Made by a program: the position numbers and the translations under genes
Assembly (NCBI GenBank): GCA_022772305.1
Contig: JALFAQ010000006.1
Coordinates: 5,478-69,477 of the forward strand
Direction of reading: 5' to 3'
Source: Corynebacterium glucuronolyticum
GTDB lineage: Bacteria > Actinomycetota > Actinomycetes > Mycobacteriales > Mycobacteriaceae
DNA: 64,000 nt
In this document: positions 33,844-43,476 of the stretch, piece by piece
Position numbering within the stretch: position 1 is the first letter of the stretch
Layout of the letters: each line of letters starts with the position of its first letter
The notes under the pieces: model-generated
Told to the model about the DNA's origin: nothing
Databases searched by the model: none
The model's input: only the letters and a program-made list of their open reading frames with translations

Positions 33844-34130
33844 CTCAGGGCTTCGCGGCGCGCCTGGATCAGCGACCGGAGCTTTTCCACCTGCTTCTTA
33901 TCGCGCCGCTTCGTCACCACCGTGGCAGCGATGACAACACCGAGGGCTGCCACCCCGAGGAGAATCTTCTTCTGGAAATCCTCACTCGTAACCTTCTTCT
34001 GAGCGATCGACGCAAACTGCTGACCAGCCTTCTTCGGCGAGGCCTCTTCGGCCAGCTTGTCCAGCGTACGTGCAAGCTCTTCGCGGTGACGAGCGATGTC
34101 GCGCTCAATATCGTGAATGTCTCGTGCCAT
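33840..34130 (-). CDS. DUF3618-domain membrane protein (copy B)
   Basis: MARDIHDIERDIARHREELARTLDKL, one TM, basic tail; paralog of 32938..33213; start ATG 34130. Confidence 0.65.
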   Translation of the reverse strand: MARDIHDIERDIARHREELARTLDKLAEEASPKKAGQQFASIAQKKVTSEDFQKKILLGVAALGVVIAATVVTKRRDKKQVEKLRSLIQARREALR

Positions 34131-34364
34131 GCCTATCAGTATAGCGATGCACGCCCTGTTGCTTGGAACAACCGTTTTCCGCACCCGCGCGCCGAGCCGG
34201 ATCACCCCGTCATCGAATTGTCTTGGGTTGTGGCTGCCGCATGAATGAGGATCCGCCGTGCCACGTGCACTTGCAGACGCTACCACGACCAACCCCACCC
34301 AGTTGCACAGGTGGGCATCGCCACAACGGATACGTTTCTCGCGCTTTCGGTCGGCTCATTCCCC

Positions 34365-34517
34365 ATGGCGTTCATCGCTGGCACCCGGCTACTGGATACC
34401 TTCGATTCCTTCACCGATGGTCTCGTCTCCAGCGTTGGCGTGGCAGGTGTACTCATCGCCATGATTATCGGCCTGCCGCTGTTCTTTGAGGTCGGTCCCC
34501 TGTGGTCATGCTCATAG
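34365..34517 (+). CDS. possible small membrane protein (50 aa)
   Basis: MAFIAGTRLLDTF...VGVAGVLIAMIIGLPLFF; coding-like third-position GC, but no homology recognised. Confidence 0.2.
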   Translation: MAFIAGTRLLDTFDSFTDGLVSSVGVAGVLIAMIIGLPLFFEVGPLWSCS

Positions 34518-34840
34518 CGGAGCTGTGTACCCGCTCTCGCTAGCTTGTCGACGCTTCACTGCTTCGTTCCCCCACACCCCGGCCCCTTCATTGCCATCGA
34601 CACGCTCTCCCGCAGGGCGCCGATTGCGTCCAAACTGAATGTCGCTGCCGACTAGGAGCCCGTTACTGAGTAGGAGCGCCCCAGCTTCGCCACACTTGTC
34701 CATCCTGGCTCTGCTCACGGCGGTGGTGTACGGAATGTTCGCGGGTTCCGTGGCGCCAACGCGCTCATTGTGAGTGCCGGTGGTGACTTCAAGCAAACAC
34801 CCGTCGATTCTGGCATTGCGACGGTCCTTGGCGAGTGGCT

Positions 34841-36207
34841 CGGGTCAAGTCCCGTGTAGTGGTGTAGCCGTCTAGCTTTCGGCTCGGTATGAAGTTGGGG
34901 GTTTTGTTAGGCGGTTAGCTGGTGATGTTCACCGTGTTCACCTCCGGTTTGTTGCTGGATCCAATCGTCGTGCTGCTCGGCAAGAACCGCGCCGACAAGC
35001 CGGATGATGGATTCGCGGTTCGGGAAGATGCCCACAACATCGGTGCGCCGGCGGATCTCCCGGTTTAGCCGCTTGAGTGGGGTTATTGGGCCACACTTTT
35101 GTCCAGACTGGTTTCGGCGCTGCGGTAAACGCCAACACGTCATCGAGTGACTCTTCTAGATAGGCCGCAACCTGCGGGAACTTTGGTTCCAGTAGATCAA
35201 CGACTTCGCGGGCTTGTCCCCAGGTGGATTGAGCGTCGGGTTGCTGGAAGATTGTCTGGAACATCGCAGAGACCATCGGCCACTGTGTCTTCGGGACCTT
35301 TTCGTAGAGGTTTTTCGCGAAATGGGTGCGACAGCGCTGCCACGACGCATCGGGCAGCACTTCAGAAATGGCGTGCTGGATGCCCTCATGAGCATCACTG
35401 GTGATAAGGAAGACACCGCGAAGCCCGCGGGCTTTTAAGTCCTGGAAGAAGCCTTTCCACGACGCGTTGGATTCCGCGGTGGCGACATGCATGCCGAGCA
35501 TTTCGCGGTAGCCGTCGGCGTTGACCCCGGTGGCCAAAAGTACGCAGCATTTAACCACCCGGCCGCCTTCCCGCACCTTGATCGCGAGTGCTTCGCACGA
35601 CAGGTAGGCATACCCACCGGGATCCAGGGGGCGGTTTTTGAAATCTGCGACCATCTCGTCGAGTTCTTCCGACATCCGCGAGACTTGCGATTTCGACATG
35701 TTGGAAATCCCAAGCGTTGCCACCAGATCGTTCATTCGGCGGGTGGAAACCCCTTTGAGATAGCAGGTTGCGATCACGGTCGATAGTGCGCGTTCGGCAC
35801 GTGAGCGTCGCTCGAGCAGCCAGTCCGGGAAGAACGCGCCGTGTGGCGCAGCTTCGGCACTGCCACATCGATTGTGCCGACTCTGGTGTCGAGGTCGCGG
35901 TGGCGGTACCCGTTGCGGTGGTTGACCGTTCGGTGGAAGCAACACCGTATTCAGCCCCGCACACGGTATCAGCCTGGGCGGAGAGGATCTGGTTGATAAA
36001 CCCTTGCAGCATCTGCCGCATCAGATCCGGCGACGCTTGGGTCAGCAAATCATCCAGATAGGTTGTCGGGTCGATAGAATGCGGAGCAGCGGTCATCGTC
36101 ATGTGCCTTTCAGTGAGATGTGATAGTTGAGTCGAAAGGTTACTGACGATGGCCGCCCCACTATTTTCAAGGGCCCACCATCAGCAAGCATTACACCACA
36201 CTAAGGG
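34841..36207 (-). mobile_element. IS256-family insertion sequence (defective)
   Basis: About 1.37 kb unit carrying an IS256-type transposase. Imperfect terminal inverted repeats CCCGTGTAGTGGTGTAG (34841-34857) and CCCTTAGTGTGGTGTAA (reverse complement of 36191-36207), 12/17 identical. No clear target-site duplication seen. Confidence 0.65.
34907..36102 (-). pseudogene. IS256-family transposase, at least three frameshifts
   Basis: Protein is split over three frames: MTMTAAPHSID...AEYGVASTER / VNHRNGYRHRDLDTRVGTIDVAVPKLRH / FFPDWLLERR...[11 protein letters not shown] / [37 protein letters not shown]. Confidence 0.8.
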
Positions 36208-36811
36208 ACGCAACCATCGCACCTTTGTTGGTGCGAGCTTGGGAGGGATCGACCGCACGACGGTCATACCCCAAAGCCGTGGCCAACGCTTCCGCATCAG
36301 CCTCCAACTCCTCGAGGGTGTCCCCGTTGAGCCTGCCCGCCATCTCGGCAGGGAGGCCAGCCTTCTTCAAAACGCCGGCGATCATGCGTTTGCGCTCTGC
36401 GTCGGCTTTTTCCTTTTCAAGTTCTGCAAGGCGAGTCTGCAGCTCGTCACGCTGCTTCTGTGCCTTCTCCAACTCGGTCATGTCCTTTTCAGCGATAGCG
36501 TCGAGTTGCTTCTTCAACTCGTCTCTCTCCGCTTCAGCCGCCTGTCGCTTATCACGCTCACGAGCGAGATCCCCAAGAACAGCCCGCTTCGAACCACGAG
36601 CGTCCGGATTCTCCTCTGATTCATCATCAGCTTCGGGGTCAGCGTTACCTTCAGCGCCTGATTCATTATCAGTCTCAGACTCACGGTCCGAGCTCGTCAC
36701 TGAAGACCCCTGCGATGGTGTGACACTGGCACTACCTTGGGTCGCTGCTACGCCGCCAGTATCGGCTTCAGCAGTAAACATCCGCACCCACGGGGGCATA
36801 CAAATCTTCAC
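36191..36811 (-). CDS. phage capsid scaffolding protein, 3' end interrupted by the IS256 element
   Basis: Acidic N-terminus plus coiled-coil (ERDELKKQLDAIAEKDMTELEKAQKQRDELQTRLAELEKEKADAERKR), located after a MuF gene as in phage head modules. The last 5-6 codons and the stop lie inside the IS inverted repeat. Confidence 0.6.
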   Translation of the reverse strand: MKICMPPWVRMFTAEADTGGVAATQGSASVTPSQGSSVTSSDRESETDNESGAEGNADPEADDESEENPDARGSKRAVLGDLARERDKRQAAEAERDELKKQLDAIAEKDMTELEKAQKQRDELQTRLAELEKEKADAERKRMIAGVLKKAGLPAEMAGRLNGDTLEELEADAEALATALGYDRRAVDPSQARTNKGAMVASLSVV

Positions 36812-36907
36812 TTGTTATTTTCTCCTTAAAACAATGATCGCCCACCAAACATGCGGGCATGAAAAAACCCACCACACAAACGTGATGGGCAACCTTATGA
36901 AATTTGA

Positions 36908-37189
36908 CTAATTTTTTAACTTTAGCAAAACCCACTTAAGACGGAGAACATCAGACTCAAAACTAATCTGCGAAAGGATTCGCTCAGCCACAACACGAAC
37001 ACCATCAGGCACCACAATGCCAGACGAAGCTAGATAATCAAGCACATCAATTGCTGCACTAACTTCTTCCCCGACTTCAGCTCCCTCAACGACATGTAGC
37101 CGCAAATTGTCCGGAAGTAATGCCCAAACAAGGTCAGCAAGTGCCAACACATCAGAGTCAATAGACGCTCGATCTTCAATTTCAATCAT
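36908..37189 (-). CDS. putative immunity protein for the upstream EndoU-like toxin domain
   Basis: 93-aa acidic ORF. Its ATG overlaps the toxin stop (ATGA). Markedly AT-richer than the surroundings. No family recognised; assignment is by position only. Confidence 0.45.
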   Translation of the reverse strand: MIEIEDRASIDSDVLALADLVWALLPDNLRLHVVEGAEVGEEVSAAIDVLDYLASSGIVVPDGVRVVAERILSQISFESDVLRLKWVLLKLKN

Positions 37190-38295
37190 GCGCCTACCTC
37201 CTTTCTGCGAATCACCGACAAGTCCAAGCCAACTTCAACTTTACCCTCGCTTGCATTCTTCACAACCCCTTGGCCATTGCGCGGGTAAGTTGCGCCAAGA
37301 GTGCGTTTTCCGTTCATACTACCGTGCTCAATGTAATAACTAGCCTTCACGAGAACATCGTCCACAACTCTGTATAACACCCGAGTCGTTCCAGCCATCT
37401 CGGTAGCATGCGGTGACTGTAACGTCATCAGCACAGCTTGCTTGATGTCTTGATCTGACCACCAGGGCGGGAATTCCGTCTTCCTCGCACGCCCTGTCCC
37501 CGACCTGTGCCCACCACGGAGCTTCTGGCCTGGAACAGCTGGATCACCGTCAAGAATATGCACCCAGTCCTTATCGGTTACAGTCGGGCGTAGATCATCC
37601 GCTGGAACCTCCTGGGCAAACTCCGCCAAGTCCGGTGCATCATCTGGCCAGCCTTTCGAGAAATCAACCCTACTCACCGGGCCGTACGTTCGCTCCGGCT
37701 TCAAATACTGATACTGGAGCAACAACTCCCGCATCCGATCCTCATCACCACCAGCACGGCGCATAATCTCCGGCACCGACAACCTACGCCACCCTCTGCG
37801 CGGAGCACCATAGATCGTAAACGGCTTCACACCATCACCCACACCCGTCATACCCTGCAACGAGTTGACTACCTCCACATAGTCCGCGCCCTGGCGAATC
37901 GCCTCCGCACCAGCCTTCGTAAAATATACATCCTGCTGGTCCTTGCTCAACGAGTTGAAATAAGCATCCACATCGAAATGCGGACCAGCGAATTCGATAT
38001 CCTTCCCCGCTTCTACCGGCACCTGCGTGCAATCACACCCAGGGTGCCGCTTAAAAGGCTTCGACCAAAACCCCTTCTTTCCCGCCAAAATCGCACACCT
38101 AGCACAACACGGAAGATTCGCCATCCGCACATACAACGTTCGAGGCCTCGCTAACCCCGCCACGGCCTTAGCCATACGCTGAGTATCAATCAAACCAGTC
38201 TGCACAACCGTGGCCAACAGTTTCCCACCGTTTTTCCACGCCTGGGCTGGGGCAACCCCCACAGCCAACTGCTCACGCACACGGTTAGCCACCAC
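37186..38295 (-). CDS. 5'-truncated phage MuF (SPP1 gp7-like head morphogenesis) protein with C-terminal EndoU-like RNase toxin domain
   Basis: MuF signature YVRMANLPCCARCAILAGKKG...FKRHPGCDCTQVP. C-terminal WVHILDGD...GGHRSGTGRARKTEFPPWWSDQDIKQAV...ATYPRNGQGV matches the bacterial EndoU pattern (His, His, Lys intact). An in-frame stop 37 nt upstream of the GTG and an integrase fragment 88 nt away show the N-terminus is lost. Confidence 0.65.
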   Translation of the reverse strand: MVANRVREQLAVGVAPAQAWKNGGKLLATVVQTGLIDTQRMAKAVAGLARPRTLYVRMANLPCCARCAILAGKKGFWSKPFKRHPGCDCTQVPVEAGKDIEFAGPHFDVDAYFNSLSKDQQDVYFTKAGAEAIRQGADYVEVVNSLQGMTGVGDGVKPFTIYGAPRRGWRRLSVPEIMRRAGGDEDRMRELLLQYQYLKPERTYGPVSRVDFSKGWPDDAPDLAEFAQEVPADDLRPTVTDKDWVHILDGDPAVPGQKLRGGHRSGTGRARKTEFPPWWSDQDIKQAVLMTLQSPHATEMAGTTRVLYRVVDDVLVKASYYIEHGSMNGKRTLGATYPRNGQGVVKNASEGKVEVGLDLSVIRRKEVGA

Positions 38296-38383
38296 GCATC
38301 GCGCAATGCCAGTGGATCGACAAAAACAGGATTAGTATTTCGCGTGCGGTAAAAGACCACCATCGCGAAATAAGCGTCGGGGG

Positions 38384-38815
38384 TTGAAGGGGCACGAAAG
38401 AAGGGTGGTGAGTGTCCCCGGGTTTCTCATGCAGCGCCTAGTGATGCTATCCGCCGGGCTGGCTCCGCATGATTTTATTTTCCGTAGGAAATCGGGAAAA
38501 CTGTGGGGGCATTTGGGGAGGAATGATTTCTTTGAGCAGGCGGTAGGAAGACTTGTTGCTCGTGGGGTTCTGGAGCAGAGGGTGACGATCCATGGGCTTA
38601 GGCATGTGGCGGCGGGTTTGTTGGTGCAGTCTGGTGCGTCGGTGAAGGTGGTGCAGCGTCAGTTGGGGCATAAATCGGCTGCGATGACGCTGGATACGTA
38701 TGCGGAGCTTTTTGATGGTGAGTTGGATCAGGTGGGGGTTGCGATGGGGGAGGTTTTTTCTGGTGTCGTGAAATTGTCGTGGAGTGGGGTTCCGTTGCGG
38801 TGTGCGGGTGGCTAA
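38384..38815 (+). pseudogene. tyrosine recombinase/phage integrase, C-terminal fragment
   Basis: Only the catalytic C-terminus is present (HGLRHVAAG, LGHKSAAMTLDTYAELF). The N-terminal core-binding domain and first catalytic Arg are absent. It ends 38 nt from the tRNA-Leu 3' end. Confidence 0.75.
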
Positions 38816-38853
38816 TTTTGGTGGTTTACCTGGTGGTTTACCGTTGGTTGTTG

Positions 38854-38938
38854 TGGTGCGCCCGGGGAGACTTGAACTCCCACGCCCTAAGGCACTAGAA
38901 CCTAAATCTAGCGCGTCTGCCAATTCCGCCACGGGCGC
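38854..38938 (-). tRNA. tRNA-Leu (TAG), type II with long variable arm, CCA encoded
   Basis: Reverse complement GCGCCCGTGGCGGAATTGGCAGACGCGCTAGATTTAGGTTCTAG...GGGAGTTCAAGTCTCCCCGGGCGCACCA; acceptor GCGCCCG/CGGGCGC; anticodon loop TTTAGGT. Confidence 0.85.
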
Positions 38939-39007
38939 AGTGCGTGTCAGCCCACACATAGTAACGCGAATAGGGGATAAAAACCTAATCGGATATAATC
39001 CGAAAGT

Positions 39008-39409
39008 ATGACTGGGAAAAGGAAGTTCAAGGTGCGCTTCTCCCACATCCTTCTTCTCACCCTCGGCGTGGCATTCACGCTGGTTGCGGCGTATTGGCAG
39101 TGGCAGAGGTACACCTCGCCGGACGGCAGTGTGCAGAATTTGGGTTATGCCATTCAGTGGCCAATCTTTGGCGGCTTCCTCATTTTCTTCTACCTCAAGG
39201 TGCGCGACTATGAAAACGATCGCCTCAACGAAGATGAGTTCAGCCAGGAGCTGGAGCAGCTGGAGGAGGAGCACAGCGCGAAGAAGAATAAGAAGGTGAC
39301 GACGGTGTCGTCGGAGTGGATGCCTTCACCAGTCAATACAGACATTGAAGCCTATAACGAGCAGTTTGCGCCTCGCAGACGAAAGGATCGACATGACGGA
39401 GACTACTAG
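39008..39409 (+). CDS. hypothetical membrane protein (2 TM, charged C-terminus)
   Basis: HILLLTLGVAFTLVAAYW and WPIFGGFLIFFYL helices; precedes the DUF3817 gene, as in the mycobacterial Rv1342c-43c neighbourhood. Confidence 0.5.
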   Translation: MTGKRKFKVRFSHILLLTLGVAFTLVAAYWQWQRYTSPDGSVQNLGYAIQWPIFGGFLIFFYLKVRDYENDRLNEDEFSQELEQLEEEHSAKKNKKVTTVSSEWMPSPVNTDIEAYNEQFAPRRRKDRHDGDY

Positions 39410-39752
39410 GAAAATTCACCCGGAGAGGAAGAAGCGCGTGGCGAAGGCGCTACGCTTCTACTCCATCGCCGCGTGGGTGACGGGTGTGTGGCTGCTGATC
39501 CTCGTCACGCGCATGATCTGCGATTATGGCTTTGGGATGGAGATTCCCGCGTGGGCGTCGGTAATTGGGCCACTGCACGGCCTGTTTTACATGATTTACC
39601 TCGTGGCCACGGTGAATCTCACCACGCAGGCGCGGTGGGATCTCACCAAGGCGTTCCTCACCGCGCTCGCGGGGACGATTCCTTTCCTGTCCTTTGTGGC
39701 AGAGTACTACCGTCGCAAAGAGGTTACTGCGAAATTTGAGCTAAACGCGTAG
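39393..39752 (+). CDS. DUF3817-domain membrane protein
   Basis: LRFYSIAAWVTGVWLLIL...GPLHGLFYMIYL...GTIPFLSF pattern; start ATG 39393 overlaps the upstream gene. Confidence 0.6.
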   Translation: MTETTRKIHPERKKRVAKALRFYSIAAWVTGVWLLILVTRMICDYGFGMEIPAWASVIGPLHGLFYMIYLVATVNLTTQARWDLTKAFLTALAGTIPFLSFVAEYYRRKEVTAKFELNA

Positions 39753-40287
39753 CGATCTTCCGCATCGCTTGTCCCCTGTGGGACAGTCGGTCTTTTTCCT
39801 CCGCCGTTAATTCGGCAGAGGTTTTTCCGTTTCCGTCATGGGGGATGAAAATTGGGTCGTAGCCAAAGCCGTTCTCGCCACGGGGTTCGGTGGCTATGGT
39901 GCCCTCCCAGTGGCATTCCTCCACGTACTCGTCGCCGTCGGGGGTGACGAGCGCCACGCAGCACACGAACGCAGCCTCGCGGGGGAGGTCGTGGAGCTGG
40001 GCGAGAAGCAGTTTGTTGTTGGCTTCGTCGTCGCCGTGAGTGCCGGACCAGCGGGCCGAGAGGATTCCCGGCATGCCGTTGAGGGCGCGGACGGTGAGGC
40101 CGGAGTCGTCGGCAAGGGTGACAAGACCCGTGGCTTTCGCTCCTGCGCGGGCCTTGATGAGGGCGTTTTCCTCAAAGCTCAGGCCGTCCTCGACGGGCTC
40201 GGGGTAGTCGGGGGTAGTGACGTCCAAGCCGGTGAGCCGCTTCAGCTCCGCGACCTTGCCCTTGTTGTGGCTGGCGAGGAGGATCAC
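39724..40287 (-). CDS. rdgB: non-canonical purine NTP pyrophosphatase (RdgB/HAM1)
   Basis: [27 protein letters not shown] motifs; GTGA overlap with rph. Confidence 0.85.
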   Translation of the reverse strand: MILLASHNKGKVAELKRLTGLDVTTPDYPEPVEDGLSFEENALIKARAGAKATGLVTLADDSGLTVRALNGMPGILSARWSGTHGDDEANNKLLLAQLHDLPREAAFVCCVALVTPDGDEYVEECHWEGTIATEPRGENGFGYDPIFIPHDGNGKTSAELTAEEKDRLSHRGQAMRKIATRLAQISQ

Positions 40288-40997
40288 GCGAGGGCCTCTT
40301 TTTGCTTTTCGACGAGCTCCCGGCAGCCCTTTTCGCCCAGGTCCAGGAGGGTTCCGAGCTGTTCGCGGCTGAAGTCGCCGTGCTCGCCGGTGCCCTGGAT
40401 CTCAACGAAGGAGCCGTTTTCCTTCATGATGATGTTCATATCTACCTCGGCGCGCGAGTCCTCCTCGTACGGGAGGTCAAGGCACGGGTGGCCGTCGATA
40501 AGCCCAACGGAGATAGCGGCGACGGGTGGGAGGAGCGCATCAGTCTTGTTGATGGACGCAAGGGCATCGGAGAGGGCTACATAGGCACCGGTGATCGATG
40601 CCGTGCGGGTGCCACCGTCGGCCTGGAGGACATCGCAGTCGAGCGCGATGGTGTACTCCCCCAGCTTGGTCAGATCGATGGCCGCACGCAGCGAGCGGCC
40701 AACGAGCCGCGAAATCTCTTGGGTACGACCCTTGACCTTGCCCTTCACGGACTCGCGCGGGTTGCGCTCATTGGTGGCGGCAGGCAGCATGGCGTACTCG
40801 GCGGTGAGCCAACCCTCGCCCGAATCCTTCTTGAAGCGGGGGACCCCCTCCTGCACGCTCGCGGTACACATGACGCGGGTGCGACCGAACTCCACCAGCA
40901 CAGACCCTGCCGGGTTGGTGGTGAAATTGCGGGTAATTGTTACGTCTCGAAGCTCATCAGTTGCGCGGCCATCCGCGCGGGTAAACGTTTCACTCAT
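40284..40997 (-). CDS. rph: ribonuclease PH
   Basis: [41 protein letters not shown]. Confidence 0.9.
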   Translation of the reverse strand: MSETFTRADGRATDELRDVTITRNFTTNPAGSVLVEFGRTRVMCTASVQEGVPRFKKDSGEGWLTAEYAMLPAATNERNPRESVKGKVKGRTQEISRLVGRSLRAAIDLTKLGEYTIALDCDVLQADGGTRTASITGAYVALSDALASINKTDALLPPVAAISVGLIDGHPCLDLPYEEDSRAEVDMNIIMKENGSFVEIQGTGEHGDFSREQLGTLLDLGEKGCRELVEKQKEALA

Positions 40998-41761
40998 AGC
41001 TCCAAGCTTAACCCGGGATGCGCGACGAGCACTTCCCCGGGGAACTCCGCCTTGGCGGCACTCACCGCGCCCTCGCTGTCACCCCACGGCGGAATATGGG
41101 TGATAAGCAGCTTCTTCGCGCCCGCCCGGCGCGCAATATCGCCGGCTTCCCCACCGGACATGTGCATGTCCGCGGGCTGCCCGGAGCTGGATGCGCCCCA
41201 CGTGGCCTCGCAGATGAAGAGATCCGCATCGCGGGCGCTCTCGACGAGGTCATCCGTAGCAGACGAATCGCCCGAGTAGGCGAGGACGGTGCCCGAGTGG
41301 CGGTGCGTGAGGCGCAGCGCGTAGGCATCGATGGGGTGGATGGCGTGGAACGGTTCGACGGTGAAGCCCTCGACGATCTCTTTCTTACCCACCTGCCACG
41401 GCCCGAAGGCGAACGTGTCCGTGATGTCATCGACACCATTGGGGTCGTCGGAAATAAGCCGACCCATGCGCTCCGGGGTCTCCGGCGGGCCAAACAAGAG
41501 GTGCCGCCCCTCGGCCTTCTGCGTGGGGTGGAACCTCCGCCACACCATGAGGCTGGGGAAATCGGCGCAGTGATCCGAGTGCAGGTGGCTAAACAGGACG
41601 TGCGCCTCCGCGGGGTTGATGCGACGCTCGATTTCCGCCATCACGCCGGAGCCCACGTCCATGACGATGGCCGGGCGCTCCCCATCTTGGAGAAGATAGC
41701 CAGAAGACGGACCAACCGCGCTACCCACGGAACCAGTACACCCAAGGATCGTCAGCTTCAT
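40994..41761 (-). CDS. MBL-fold metallo-hydrolase (Rv1339-like, possible cNMP phosphodiesterase)
   Basis: HLHSDH metal motif; position between murI and rph as in M. tuberculosis Rv1339. Confidence 0.7.
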   Translation of the reverse strand: MKLTILGCTGSVGSAVGPSSGYLLQDGERPAIVMDVGSGVMAEIERRINPAEAHVLFSHLHSDHCADFPSLMVWRRFHPTQKAEGRHLLFGPPETPERMGRLISDDPNGVDDITDTFAFGPWQVGKKEIVEGFTVEPFHAIHPIDAYALRLTHRHSGTVLAYSGDSSATDDLVESARDADLFICEATWGASSSGQPADMHMSGGEAGDIARRAGAKKLLITHIPPWGDSEGAVSAAKAEFPGEVLVAHPGLSLEL

Positions 41762-41778
41762 GGCGCTTAGTCTACCCG

Positions 41779-42564
41779 TTACATCTCAAACCAGTTGATG
41801 CCAGTGTCCACGAACCGACTAGCTAATTGCGCGAAAAGGCGGGGATCACCTGTGGTTTCGTACCTGCGCTCGGGTTCCATATTTTCTGGCGCGAGTGTGT
41901 CTTCCTCCATGAGCAGGCGCACCACGGCCTTGGCAGTTTCCTCCGAGGAGCTAACAAGCGTGACGTGGTCGCCGATGGCCAGCTGGATGACACCCGACAG
42001 CAGGGGGTAGTGGGTGCAGCCGAGCACGCATGTATCCACCCCGGCGGCCTGCAAGGGCGACACGTATGCCTGGGCGACACCGAGGATCTGGCGGCCGGTG
42101 GTGATGCCGCGCTCGACGAAGTCCACGAACCGGGGAGCGGCGGCCGCGTAGCACGTGATGCCCTCGTGACTTTCCATCTGCCGTTGGTACTCCCCTGAGC
42201 GGATGGTGCCCACCGTGCCGAGGACCGCGACTTTACCGTTTTTGGTGACCTGGACGGCGCGCCGGACAGCGGGTTCGATGACGCCGAGGACAGGGACATC
42301 GTAGAGGTTGCGGGCTTCTTCAAGGAACACGCTCGTCGCCGTGTTGCAAGCGATGACGAGCAGCTTGATGTCCCGGGCTACGAGCTGGTCTGCTACCTTC
42401 TTGCTCAGCGCCCGCACCTCGTCGGCTGTTTTAGGGCCGTACGGCGCATGAGCGGTATCCCCCAGATAGTGGATGGATTCGTGGGGCAGCTGGTCAGAGA
42501 TCGCCCGGGCGACGGTCAGCCCGCCGACGCCGGAATCAAAGACACCGATGGGACGGGGATCCAT
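41779..42564 (-). CDS. murI: glutamate racemase
   Basis: [30 protein letters not shown] catalytic Cys motifs; start ATG 42564 (TAATG overlap with the upstream stop). The 318-aa track ORF is over-extended. Confidence 0.85.
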   Translation of the reverse strand: MDPRPIGVFDSGVGGLTVARAISDQLPHESIHYLGDTAHAPYGPKTADEVRALSKKVADQLVARDIKLLVIACNTATSVFLEEARNLYDVPVLGVIEPAVRRAVQVTKNGKVAVLGTVGTIRSGEYQRQMESHEGITCYAAAAPRFVDFVERGITTGRQILGVAQAYVSPLQAAGVDTCVLGCTHYPLLSGVIQLAIGDHVTLVSSSEETAKAVVRLLMEEDTLAPENMEPERRYETTGDPRLFAQLASRFVDTGINWFEM

Positions 42565-43466
42565 TAGATGAGCCTCCGCAGATGAGCGTTCAGCTGGTCG
42601 ATGAGCCCATTCACCCAGGCTTCGACTGGCTCCGCGCCGGGAATCGGGATGTGGATGTGCGTGATCGGGCCGGCCGGCACCGTCTGCGCGGGCTGCGTCG
42701 GTGCCTCCTGCGATGGGGTGACGGGGCCGGAGCATGTCAGGGGCTCCGACGAGGCGAGCAGCGGACGAAGCTTCTCCGCGGCCCGGGTGGCGGCGTCGGA
42801 GGCGCGGTTGAAGTTGTTATCCGGGGTGCGCACGGCGACAGACGCTCCGACCCATCCGTCTCCCACCGGGAAGATGGCGCCCTGGCGCAGGGAGTATCCG
42901 TTCTCCGGCAGCCATCCGCCCTTGATTTTTGCGCCGGGGATGCTGCCGAAGGCCCAGCGTTGGTAGCCGACGACGTTGCCCATCATGGCCTCCACTTCGG
43001 GGCCCTTGTCCACGCAGGGGATGGCGGCGAAGAAGGCAGCCTGGTCAGCGACGGTCCACGAGGGCATCGCCCACCAGCCAGGGTTGACGGTGCTGGAGCC
43101 GGCGTCGCGAAGCACCTGGTTGACCTTGCCCGTTGCCTGCGAGCCGCCAAGGGCAGACCAGAGGCGGTCGGCTGCCGCGTTATCGGAGGCGGTGATGGCT
43201 GCGGTGGCGTCGCCCGCAAGGGCTGGAGACTGGCGCAGGGCGGCGATGGCCAGCGGCACCTTGCCGGTGGAGTAGGCGGGGAAATCGGTGATGGTGCCTG
43301 CGGACCGGGTGCCCGAGGCGTCGTGAAGCGCAATGCCGACGGGGACACCCGTCTCGGCGGTGACCTCCGCGGCGATGCGGTCGAGGTCAGACTGAGCAAC
43401 GGAGGCTCCGGCGATGGAGGGCACGGAGGCGGCCACGCAGACGAGAGCTACCAGGAACTTTTTCAT
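42564..43466 (-). CDS. secreted class A beta-lactamase-like serine hydrolase (paralog 2)
   Basis: Signal peptide [21 protein letters not shown]; motifs STGK (SxxK), SDN, KGG (KTG variant); Pro-rich C-terminal tail. Confidence 0.6.
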   Translation of the reverse strand: MKKFLVALVCVAASVPSIAGASVAQSDLDRIAAEVTAETGVPVGIALHDASGTRSAGTITDFPAYSTGKVPLAIAALRQSPALAGDATAAITASDNAAADRLWSALGGSQATGKVNQVLRDAGSSTVNPGWWAMPSWTVADQAAFFAAIPCVDKGPEVEAMMGNVVGYQRWAFGSIPGAKIKGGWLPENGYSLRQGAIFPVGDGWVGASVAVRTPDNNFNRASDAATRAAEKLRPLLASSEPLTCSGPVTPSQEAPTQPAQTVPAGPITHIHIPIPGAEPVEAWVNGLIDQLNAHLRRLI

Positions 43467-43476
43467 GCCCACCAGA

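Larger units (their letters stand above)
36191..38815. mobile_element. degraded prophage remnant at tRNA-Leu (scaffold, immunity-like ORF, MuF-toxin, integrase fragment)
   Basis: Phage head-module genes next to a tyrosine-integrase fragment abutting the 3' end of tRNA-Leu; lower GC than the flanks. Confidence 0.7.

Noticed and set aside
34512-34840. 94-aa minus-strand ORF left of the IS element, and a weak similarity of 34770-34800 (GCCGGTGGTGACTTCAAGC) to the 3' end of tRNA-Leu (possible attL)
   Set aside because: The protein matches nothing I recognise and is not an obvious continuation of the scaffold gene. The putative att repeat is only about 60-65% identical over about 25 nt, which is within chance for GC-rich sequence. 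It needs an alignment against an intact prophage to decide.
34832-36215. Target-site duplication flanking the IS256-family element
   Set aside because: The 8-9 nt on either side of the proposed inverted repeats do not match. Either my ends are off by a few bases or an IS-mediated deletion removed one copy. No claim is made.
38447-39274. 275-aa minus-strand ORF spanning the integrase fragment, tRNA-Leu and the next gene
   Set aside because: It reads straight through a tRNA gene and an intergenic region and has low-complexity composition. It is spurious.
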